From contig JAGWAF010000003.1 in assembly GCA_018302085.1 (NCBI GenBank), forward strand, positions 7,242 through 39,241: 32,000 bases of DNA, written 5' to 3'. A model generated the notes under the pieces. The model made no database searches, was not told the DNA's origin, and worked only from the letters and a program-made list of their open reading frames with translations. The position numbers and the translations under genes were made by a program. Position 1 is the stretch's first letter; each line of letters opens with the position of its first letter. This DNA is from Candidatus Woesearchaeota archaeon. GTDB lineage: Archaea; Nanobdellota; Nanobdellia; Woesearchaeales; JAGWAF01. Below, in pieces: positions 16,723 through 23,416 of the stretch.

Positions 16723-16737
16723 ATCACGATAGAACTG

Positions 16738-16919
16738 TAGAGAACTTTGCAAAATGTCAAAAAATGGGGTGTTTTAGGCAAAGTTCTCTAGAGAAGTTTG
16801 AGTATTTCTTATTATAGTGAAGGCACCAAATATTCGAACATGAATAGTGCATCTTCACTATTACGAAAAGCATTGTAATGTTCGATAATTTAATGCTTTG
16901 AGTATATTTCAAACTTCTC
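16738..16919. repeat. Nested hairpin element: a 13-bp perfect hairpin followed by a roughly 130-nt stem enclosing two hairpins with complementary loops
   Basis: H1: 16738-16750 / 16778-16790 (tagagaactttgc/gcaaagttctcta). P1: 16791-16801 / 16909-16919 (same arms as at 2023-2059). P2: 16815-16826 / 16847-16860. P3: 16867-16874 / 16892-16899. Loop-loop complement tcgaacat (16834-16841) / atgttcga (16878-16885). Confidence 0.7.
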
Positions 16920-16954
16920 TGTAAAAGAACTTGAAGAAAGATTACCAGAAATAA

Positions 16955-17131
16955 CCAGATAGAACACCGGACGGAATTACAGCGTGTGTCCGTACTGCGG
17001 ATATTGCGGATTTGGACTACATCTACGACAGCCACTACCCCCACTACCCTTTACTCAATACCGGCGACATCAGCTACGACTATGGCTGGGCTCGCGGAGT
17101 CATTGAGACGTCGAAGGCATCAGAGAAATAA
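16955..17131 (+). pseudogene. Start-less paralogue of the 15607-15789 module (second variable-repeat-like tract)
   Basis: Frame open from 16955 to the TAA at 17129-17131 with no ATG/GTG: PDRTPDGITACVRTADIADLDYIYDSHYPHYPLLNTGDISYDYGWARGVIETSKASEK. 20 of 24 codons in 17015-17086 end in C. The C-terminus GWARGVxExxKxSEK parallels GWARAVAEAPKSPSEK. Confidence 0.45.
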
Positions 17132-17162
17132 AAAATTAAATCTTCTTAAATTGCCCAGCGAT
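17119..17162. repeat. Displaced copy of the rpoN 3' end plus terminator (direct repeat copy 1, att-like)
   Basis: 44 nt, 41 identical to 18879-18922. On the minus strand it still encodes IAGQFKKI*. The two differences inside the coding part are synonymous third-position changes. Confidence 0.8.
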
Positions 17163-17185
17163 TCAGTACCAACTCTTTATACTGT

Positions 17186-17217
17186 CAATAGAAACTTCTT
17201 TCTATTGGCAATAGAAA
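17186..17217. promoter_or_regulatory. Triple CAATAGAAA motif (palindrome plus one direct copy) upstream of the transglutaminase-like gene
   Basis: caatagaaa (17186-17194), cttc spacer, tttctattg (17199-17207), caatagaaa (17209-17217). About 80-110 nt upstream of the TATA tttataaa (17298-17305). Confidence 0.3.
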
Positions 17218-17329
17218 CATTTAGATATTGGTGAATTCTCCTCCTCTTATGATAACAAAGGGAACGCATAGAATCATTCTTGAACAGAGTGGCACAGTTT
17301 TATAAATGAAGAACAATAAAAGATATTGT

Positions 17330-18856
17330 ATGAATCTTACCAGAAGAGATGCCCTTAAATATGCAGGACTTTTAGCCCTATCTGGATTAGGAGTTCTTCA
17401 GGGTTGCGGCTCAAAACCATCTTCAAATCCTTCTGGATTGCATGAACTCATTGAACATTATAATCATGACGAAGCAAAAAAATCTGCGGCACTATTTCTC
17501 CTCGAAGAGGCAAAGAAAAGAGTTTCACAAGTTTTTCCGGAAGGGGCGCCAGAAGCCGAACAGGATAAACTAAAACCACTTGAAACAATAGATGCAAATC
17601 ATCCTCAGATTGTAGAGGCTTTGGTCCGAAATATAGACTTCGCATTTCAAGCAAGAATGCAATTCCCTTGGTGCTCTGAATTATCGATGGAAGATTTTAT
17701 GCGTTATGTGTTACCTTATAGACAGGGAACCATGGATCTTATACAGTTTCCTACAGCACATGTTCATTGGAGGGAAGCCTTTCTTACTGAATCAGGATGG
17801 AAAAAACTGCAGATGGTGTATGGAATCTCTACACCTTGGGAAGAGGTGAACCAAACAGTACAGACGTTAGTTGAAAGATATAACCATGCTCCAAATTCCC
17901 AAGAAAAACACCGAGTCAAACTGGATCTGGTAAGTTATGTAAACACTACCCTCTGGGTCGAAAAGGAGCTGATAGCTTACAACCCAAGCGGCGCGCAAGA
18001 AAAAACATTGGAAGCTATTCTGAAAGATGGTGGTGGAAGATGCTCTGATTTAACCCATTTATCCTTGATGCATTTACGAGCATTAGGACTACCAGTAACT
18101 ACATTTCGTATACCCGCCTGGGGAAGAGGAGACGACAATCATCAATTATTGATGATGATAGGAGAAACAAGCGAACAAAATGTAGTCTTTGATGGTATGA
18201 GGTCGAAGCCCTCACAAGACCAAGCCTATCCTTGGAAACCTGGAGGCGGAATCCCTAAAATGTACACAGAAGAATTCGGCGTATGGGATAATGCCTCCGC
18301 CTCGGTTGTAGGCCGCATAACAGAGCACCCATGGTTCATCGATTTTTATCTCGGCACAAGATCGTGCAGGGATGTAACCGCACTCTTTACCGATACTGTT
18401 ACCATAACAATACCTGAACTTGAACCCCATAAAATTACTTACCTAGGAGTCCTCAACAATTTTTGTTCAGAAGGTATTGCGTACATAGCTGTAGAAAAAA
18501 CAGACGAAAATGGAACTGCCACTTTTCATAATGTTGGTTGTAAAGGAAATATTTTATATTTTACTGAGACACACGCAGTTCTTGCAAGAGATGATTGTTC
18601 AATTGAGATTTTTCCAAACCGAGATGAACAAATGCCTTACAGCATTAAAGGATTAAAACCTGAGAGAACATATGCGCTATGTCAGTGGGGCACAGGAAGT
18701 TTTCAGGAGGTACAAAGAATAACGGGGGATGATCAGATTGAAATTAAATTAAATGTGAATAGTGTCTATGCCATTAAAGACCTCACAGAAAAAGGTTGGC
18801 AAAAATGGAGACGTCCCTTTATAACACGAAGAGATGGTGCTTTAGAAGAACACTAA
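17330..18856 (+). CDS. Tat-signal lipoprotein with a transglutaminase-like cysteine-protease core
   Basis: MNLTRRDALKYAGLLALSGLGVLQGCGS (twin-arginine motif plus lipobox). Core GGGRCSDLTHLSLMHLRALGLPV...NHQLLMM...VFDG (Cys-His-Asp pattern). Start placed at ATG 17330, 24 nt after the TATA, because the track start 17306 abuts the TATA. Confidence 0.65.
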   Translation: MNLTRRDALKYAGLLALSGLGVLQGCGSKPSSNPSGLHELIEHYNHDEAKKSAALFLLEEAKKRVSQVFPEGAPEAEQDKLKPLETIDANHPQIVEALVRNIDFAFQARMQFPWCSELSMEDFMRYVLPYRQGTMDLIQFPTAHVHWREAFLTESGWKKLQMVYGISTPWEEVNQTVQTLVERYNHAPNSQEKHRVKLDLVSYVNTTLWVEKELIAYNPSGAQEKTLEAILKDGGGRCSDLTHLSLMHLRALGLPVTTFRIPAWGRGDDNHQLLMMIGETSEQNVVFDGMRSKPSQDQAYPWKPGGGIPKMYTEEFGVWDNASASVVGRITEHPWFIDFYLGTRSCRDVTALFTDTVTITIPELEPHKITYLGVLNNFCSEGIAYIAVEKTDENGTATFHNVGCKGNILYFTETHAVLARDDCSIEIFPNRDEQMPYSIKGLKPERTYALCQWGTGSFQEVQRITGDDQIEIKLNVNSVYAIKDLTEKGWQKWRRPFITRRDGALEEH

Positions 18857-18878
18857 ATATTTTTAAAAGAAATAATCT

Positions 18879-18922
18879 ATCAAAGAAATAAAAAATTAAA
18901 TCTTCTTAAACTGGCCAGCGAT
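18879..18922. repeat. Direct repeat copy 2: the functional rpoN 3' end plus terminator
   Basis: Covers the last 8 codons and stop of rpoN (18896-18922) and the downstream T-rich run on the minus strand. Confidence 0.8.
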
Positions 18923-19093
18923 GTCTACCAGATCAACTTGACCCAAGAACATTTGACGACAGCAGTAGCGCTCCAAGCCTAAATCATCCATGACTTTCTT
19001 GCGATCCTCACCCTTGGCCACACGTTCCTTGTATTCTTCCCAGAGATGAGCAATGGGTTTTCCGCAGCTAAAACATCTTACTGGAATTATCAT
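18896..19093 (-). CDS. rpoN: DNA-directed RNA polymerase subunit N (Rpb10 homologue)
   Basis: [14 protein letters not shown]...YCCRQM zinc-bundle motif. 65 aa. Canonical position after S9. Confidence 0.9.
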   Translation of the reverse strand: MIIPVRCFSCGKPIAHLWEEYKERVAKGEDRKKVMDDLGLERYCCRQMFLGQVDLVDIAGQFKKI

Positions 19094-19102
19094 TTTTGAC
19101 CT

Positions 19103-19501
19103 CTATCGGTAGCTCTTCTGACGTTTTGCCCGAGCTTTTCCGTGACAGTTGGGCTTGTGAGTTTCTTTTTGCCTAACATCTGCAACAAGCAATGTACGAT
19201 CATAATCTAGGAATACTTTTTCTAATTTCTTATCATGTTTTGCCAGGGCTCTTGCAATTGCGAGACGGGTTGCATCAGCTTGTGAAGAGGTGCCTCCACC
19301 AAAAGCGTTGACATCAATATCTACAGTTTTCAACACATCGCCTGCCAAAATAAGAGGTTCTTGCATACGCAAGCGCATCATGTTTTGAGAAATCGTTTCA
19401 ATCTTACGTTTGTTCCAGCGGACAATACCTTTTCCGGGGCGAAGCGTAGCTCGTGCAATTGCGCTCTTTCTCCTTCCCCAAGTGTTAATAGCTTTGCTCA
19501 T
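19103..19501 (-). CDS. rps9: 30S ribosomal protein S9 (uS9)
   Basis: GRRKSAIARATLRPGKG...GGGTSSQADATRLAIARAL...KRQKSYR. Confidence 0.9.
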   Translation of the reverse strand: MSKAINTWGRRKSAIARATLRPGKGIVRWNKRKIETISQNMMRLRMQEPLILAGDVLKTVDIDVNAFGGGTSSQADATRLAIARALAKHDKKLEKVFLDYDRTLLVADVRQKETHKPNCHGKARAKRQKSYR

Positions 19502-19917
19502 CGTCCTAAGTATTTACAAATTTGTTCAATAGTTACGTAGGGATACCCCATCAATTTGCTGATGTGAGCACCTTCTACTGTTTCGATGTTCTTTCCTTTA
19601 AAAGCTTCCGGTACGCCGGAGTAACATAATATTCTTTTGTACGCCAATTTTCCTTTTTCTTGTTTGTAAGGAAGCATACCTCTAACAATTCTTCGCATAA
19701 AACGATCAGGAAGTCTGCTCACGAAAGGACCTTTCCTAGGAATTCCTCTTTGGCGCTTTCTCTCTTCTCGTGCCAAAACACGTGTACGAGTTCCTGAAAT
19801 AACTGCTTTTTCACAGTTGACAATAGAGATGGAATCACCCAAGAGCGCTGCTTTTGCAGCCACACTTGCGACTCTTCCTACAATTGCATATTTTGCATCG
19901 ATAATTCTTTCTGCCAT
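19498..19917 (-). CDS. rpl13: 50S ribosomal protein L13 (uL13)
   Basis: IIDAKYAIVGRVAS..., RIVRGMLPYK. 4-nt overlap with S9. Confidence 0.9.
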   Translation of the reverse strand: MAERIIDAKYAIVGRVASVAAKAALLGDSISIVNCEKAVISGTRTRVLAREERKRQRGIPRKGPFVSRLPDRFMRRIVRGMLPYKQEKGKLAYKRILCYSGVPEAFKGKNIETVEGAHISKLMGYPYVTIEQICKYLGR

Positions 19918-19921
19918 GTTT

Positions 19922-20284
19922 TTATCCCATAAGTCGTACTTTTTGAGCTTTTGGATTTTGTTTTAACAAATCCTGAATGGAAAGGCATTTTCCTTTTGCA
20001 CGTTCAATTTCTGCTTTCGCTTGTTCTGAAAATTGCCATGCTGCCACGGTAATATTATGATTGATACTTCCCGTTCCTAACACTTTCCCTGGAACAACAA
20101 CGACTTCGTTTGCCTTTGTAAATCGATTTAATTTGTTTACATTGATAACTCTTCGCTGCCTTGTGGGCATTTCTAAATCATCCGCAAGTCTCCTCCACAA
20201 ATGCACCTGATGAGCATAGCTCTGCCTCTTTAAATCAGCAATCAATGCTTGCAAATGTTGATTTGTTGGACCTGTTCGTTTCAT
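19922..20284 (-). CDS. rpl18e: 50S ribosomal protein L18e (eL18)
   Basis: MKRTGPTNQHLQALIADLKR...VVVPGKVLGTG. Start moved to ATG 20284, because the track's 20320 start runs into the tRNA-Leu gene. Confidence 0.85.
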   Translation of the reverse strand: MKRTGPTNQHLQALIADLKRQSYAHQVHLWRRLADDLEMPTRQRRVINVNKLNRFTKANEVVVVPGKVLGTGSINHNITVAAWQFSEQAKAEIERAKGKCLSIQDLLKQNPKAQKVRLMG

Positions 20285-20291
20285 GGTAAGA

Positions 20292-20411
20292 TGCAGGGGA
20301 CGAGATTCGAACTCGCGCACCCACTAAGGGACTAGCCGTTTGGAACGTCATCCGAATACGGACGGCCGTAGCCTCAAGCTAGCGCATTTGACCAGGCTCT
20401 GCCACCCCTGC
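20292..20411 (-). tRNA. tRNA-Leu (anticodon GAG) with an intron of about 33 nt in the anticodon loop
   Basis: Hand fold: acceptor GCAGGGG/CCCCTGC, D-arm GCA-GAGCCTGGTCAAA-TGC, anticodon stem CTAGC/GCTAG with loop TTGAGG, long variable arm, T-arm GCGAG-TTCGAAT-CTCGT, discriminator A. The extra sequence after position 37 is the intron; its exact borders were not determined. Confidence 0.8.
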
Positions 20412-20418
20412 ATTTGGG

Positions 20419-21207
20419 TTATTGAGCGGTCTTCAGCGACTCCTGGAAATCATCGAGTTGTGTTTTCAAATGATCCAGGGCTGTGATAACCATTTCCTTT
20501 GCGGAAAGTTGCCCCCATGGTTCAACCACGAGGATGAAATCTTCATTTGAGTACTCTACTTTTACGACATCTTCGCAAATGCCATCACAGGCATCTACAA
20601 GATTTAAGTCGAAGATGAGTTTTTTGTCAATTTTTCCCTGCTTGTCAAAGATTTGTGGAGGGAAGAGATTTTTGCAATTCTCAAGTTGCTTTGAACCGTT
20701 ATTAACTGTAATTTTTGGATCATACATGTGCCAAGCTAAGCCCGGGCTCCATTTTGCATGTTCTTGACCCTGACCCAGAACTGCAGTTGCGACAAATTCT
20801 AACTCTTGACCTTTGTGAAGTTTTACAATGGGAGTCTGAGGATGCACAGGAACAACTTTGGGATCTGTTGACTCGATATCTTTTGCGTACACTGTGCAAG
20901 GTCCCTTTGCAGATAAAGAAAGTTTTACCTGACATCTTCCACAACCTTCTGCATTGCATTTACATTTTTGGGGAAGATTATACGTTTTCAAATCGGTTTT
21001 GAGGATCAGCAAACCTAGACGATGCGCAACAATTTCATCGTAGAGAATTGAAGAGTTTTTTCTGAACTCAACATCTTCAATAGCCATCGTGGGAACTCGC
21101 TCGATGATCGCTCTGCGAATTGCATTGACAAAGTTAGGATTCCCCCCATTAATGAGGAGCTTAACCCTTCCTGATTTTTTCTCAGATTCGAGTAAGGAAC
21201 ATTCCAT
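20419..21207 (-). CDS. rpoD: DNA-directed RNA polymerase subunit D (Rpb3 homologue)
   Basis: NAIRRAIIERVPTMAIEDVEF..NSSILYDEIVAHRLGLL. Cys cluster CKCNAEGCGRC. Operon position between S11 and L18e. Confidence 0.9.
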   Translation of the reverse strand: MECSLLESEKKSGRVKLLINGGNPNFVNAIRRAIIERVPTMAIEDVEFRKNSSILYDEIVAHRLGLLILKTDLKTYNLPQKCKCNAEGCGRCQVKLSLSAKGPCTVYAKDIESTDPKVVPVHPQTPIVKLHKGQELEFVATAVLGQGQEHAKWSPGLAWHMYDPKITVNNGSKQLENCKNLFPPQIFDKQGKIDKKLIFDLNLVDACDGICEDVVKVEYSNEDFILVVEPWGQLSAKEMVITALDHLKTQLDDFQESLKTAQ

Positions 21208-21609
21208 TTAGACCCTCCTACCTCGCTTTCCGCCCTTCTTACGACAACCGCCGTGCGGAATTGGGGTGACATCTTCGATCATACCCATTCTGAAACCCAT
21301 TCTTGAAATTGCACGAATGGCTGCCTGAGCTCCAGGGCCCGGATTGTTGGGGCCGTTATGACCTCCGGGTGCTCTAATCTTGACATGCAAACCTGAAATG
21401 CCTTTTTCTCTAGCAACCGCTCCAGCTTTCTTGGCTGCCATCATTGCAGCTGTGGGAGAACTTTCCAAGCGATCACTCTTGACAACCTGGCCACCCGAAC
21501 CAAGGGCAATCGTTTCCGTGCCTGTAATGTCAGTGATGTGAATAATAGTATTGTTGTAAGAAGAGAAAATGTGTGCAACACCCCATCGAATTGGCGGTTC
21601 CTTTATCAT
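21208..21609 (-). CDS. rps11: 30S ribosomal protein S11 (uS11)
   Basis: [21 protein letters not shown]...IRAPGG...[10 protein letters not shown]. Confidence 0.9.
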   Translation of the reverse strand: MIKEPPIRWGVAHIFSSYNNTIIHITDITGTETIALGSGGQVVKSDRLESSPTAAMMAAKKAGAVAREKGISGLHVKIRAPGGHNGPNNPGPGAQAAIRAISRMGFRMGMIEDVTPIPHGGCRKKGGKRGRRV

Positions 21610-22256
21610 TCGTCAACCTCTTCTATGATAATATTTTGTTGAACAGGACGTCCTCTCGGCCTTTCCCTTCTCTGTTCCCTTCTTCGTGACCCATCAAACC
21701 TTCTCTCTTCTCTCTTTTCAACAGGCTTTTTTTTGGGAACAACAGTTCTTTCAGGGTGCTCTGGATTTGCGAAGCCAGAAGTTGTCTTAAAAGCTATCAT
21801 GGATTCTTCTATAATAGGAACAAGATAGGAAGGAGATGTCATGGGAATTCCCTTAATGATGATGTGACCATGAGTGATCATTTGACGTGATTGTTTTACC
21901 GTGCGTGCAAGACCCTTCTTCACAATGATGGATTGTAAACGTCTGTTCATAATATCCTTCGTGGTTAAACCAAGAATATCTCCCAGTTGAGCATTTTGAG
22001 AAATTAAACCATATTTTTGTACTCTCGCAATGACTTGTTTTCTTTCTTTTTCCACCTGCTCTGGCTTTCCTCTAACGATAGCGAGTTTTTTTGCCTGGCG
22101 TGTGAAGCTTTTGAGAATGGATTCCATCTTCCAAATTTCTTTACGATTTTTGAAGCCGTATTCTTTAGCAAGAACTTTGGATTCTTCTATACGCGCACGT
22201 ATCCAAGGATGATTTGGTGGTACGTACTTTTTTCCAATGTGTCGTGGATCTCCCAT
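21606..22256 (-). CDS. rps4: 30S ribosomal protein S4 (uS4) with an Arg/Glu-rich C-terminal extension
   Basis: [18 protein letters not shown]...S4 domain [18 protein letters not shown]. Tail [25 protein letters not shown]... Confidence 0.9.
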   Translation of the reverse strand: MGDPRHIGKKYVPPNHPWIRARIEESKVLAKEYGFKNRKEIWKMESILKSFTRQAKKLAIVRGKPEQVEKERKQVIARVQKYGLISQNAQLGDILGLTTKDIMNRRLQSIIVKKGLARTVKQSRQMITHGHIIIKGIPMTSPSYLVPIIEESMIAFKTTSGFANPEHPERTVVPKKKPVEKREERRFDGSRRREQRRERPRGRPVQQNIIIEEVDE

Positions 22257-22265
22257 GTGATGTCA

Positions 22266-22781
22266 CTACTTCTTAGATTCCTTACCCTCTGATTTTTTAC
22301 CTTCTGAGGGGGCTGTAACTTTTGCGCGAACAACTCCTGTAACTCTACCTTTATTCTTTCTGAAATTAGATTTAGTGCTTTGCCCTCGTACAGGTTGGCC
22401 GAGGATGTGCCTCACTCCCTTGTAGCACTTCATCTTCTTCATCATTTTAATGTCTGTTTCTCTAGAGAATTGTAAGTCTCCTAAAATCAAATGTTGGTCT
22501 TTGCCTGTTTCTGGATCTCGTTTTCGATTACAGAGCCAGACTGGCATATCATACTTGAAGGGATTCTCAATGATTTGACTAATACGCGCAACTTCTTCAT
22601 TACTCAACGTGCCTGATTTTCTTGCGGGATCGATATTTGCAACTTTGCAGATAAAATTAGCAACCATGAAACTAATGCCTCTAATTTTTCTCAAGGCGTG
22701 GAAGATTTGCTTATGACCATCTAAGTCAGTGTTTGCAATTCTTACCAGGTATTTGATGTTTTGTTCTTGTGTTTCTACCAT
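22266..22781 (-). CDS. rps13: 30S ribosomal protein S13 (uS13)
   Basis: YLVRIANTDLDGHKQIFHALRKIRGI...GVRHILGQPVRGQSTKSN. First gene of the cluster. TATA-like ctttataaag about 90 nt upstream. Confidence 0.9.
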   Translation of the reverse strand: MVETQEQNIKYLVRIANTDLDGHKQIFHALRKIRGISFMVANFICKVANIDPARKSGTLSNEEVARISQIIENPFKYDMPVWLCNRKRDPETGKDQHLILGDLQFSRETDIKMMKKMKCYKGVRHILGQPVRGQSTKSNFRKNKGRVTGVVRAKVTAPSEGKKSEGKESKK

Positions 22782-23077
22782 TGTTGTTCGGAGAGAAAAG
22801 AGGAGTAACCGTTTAAGGAAACCCTCTCAACGCTCAGTTGCCTGAACTCGGGCTTGATATGTTAAGAATCAGCGGCTTCTTTATAAAGCTGTTGGTTTTT
22901 TATTGCTTGGTTAATTATTTTATATATTTTAAGTAAATTTTGTTTTCTTTTTATGACGAACTATGAAAGAAAACAAATTCTTGAAAGATAACGATAAAAA
23001 ATACAACCGTGAAAATTTAAGAAATAAAAAAAGAGGGGCAAAGAAAAGATATCTTAAAAAAAATTCTCAGAAATTGT

Positions 23078-23416
23078 TTACCCGTTCAAATCCCCAATGT
23101 TATCTACCTGAAGTGATTCTAGATCTTTTTTCAGCTGATTCAAATCTTCTTTTGTGATACCATCTACTTCAGTAGTTTTTTGTTCGGTCGGTTTTTCAAT
23201 AGTTCCAGTCGAAGTTTCTTTCGGAGCCTCTTTTGCTGTTTCTTTAACCGTTTCTTTTGCAGCCTCTAAGGTTTCTCCTTCTTTTTGAGTAGTCTCAGTT
23301 GCCTTATTCTGCGTTGCTTCATTCTGGCCTAATTCAGATTTCTTGCACCCAACCAGGAGCATTGCAACAATTGTAAATACGAAAATAAAAGCGACGATTT
23401 TTTTCATCTTATTCAC
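23078..23416 (-). CDS. Small secreted lipoprotein, Thr/Glu/Lys-rich
   Basis: MNKMKKIVAFIFVFTIVAMLLVGCKK (lipobox), followed by low-complexity ETxKE repeats. Overlaps the stop of the upstream gene by 8 nt. Confidence 0.6.
   Translation of the reverse strand: MNKMKKIVAFIFVFTIVAMLLVGCKKSELGQNEATQNKATETTQKEGETLEAAKETVKETAKEAPKETSTGTIEKPTEQKTTEVDGITKEDLNQLKKDLESLQVDNIGDLNG

Noticed and set aside
15607-17131. The two Tyr-rich tracts (15640-15760 and 17012-17100) as a DGR template-repeat/variable-repeat pair of each other
   Set aside because: They align only at the protein-scaffold level. Nucleotide differences are not confined to adenine positions of either copy, and neither copy is AAC-rich as a template repeat should be. 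They are treated as two paralogous VR-like tracts with the template missing from the window.
16757-17234. ORFs 16757-17044 (-) and 16986-17234 (+)
   Set aside because: They run through the hairpin element and the displaced rpoN end. Their sequences are low-complexity or frame-shadow of the VR-like tract, with no promoter or start support.
19922-20320. Longer L18e ORF starting at 20320
   Set aside because: The extra 12 codons overlap the 3' half of the tRNA-Leu gene. The conserved L18e N-terminus begins at MKRTGPTNQ (ATG 20284).
22963-23157. ORF 22963-23157 (+), Lys/Asn-rich
   Set aside because: It is an AT-rich intergenic low-complexity translation, and its 3' part is antisense to the lipoprotein gene 23078-23416.
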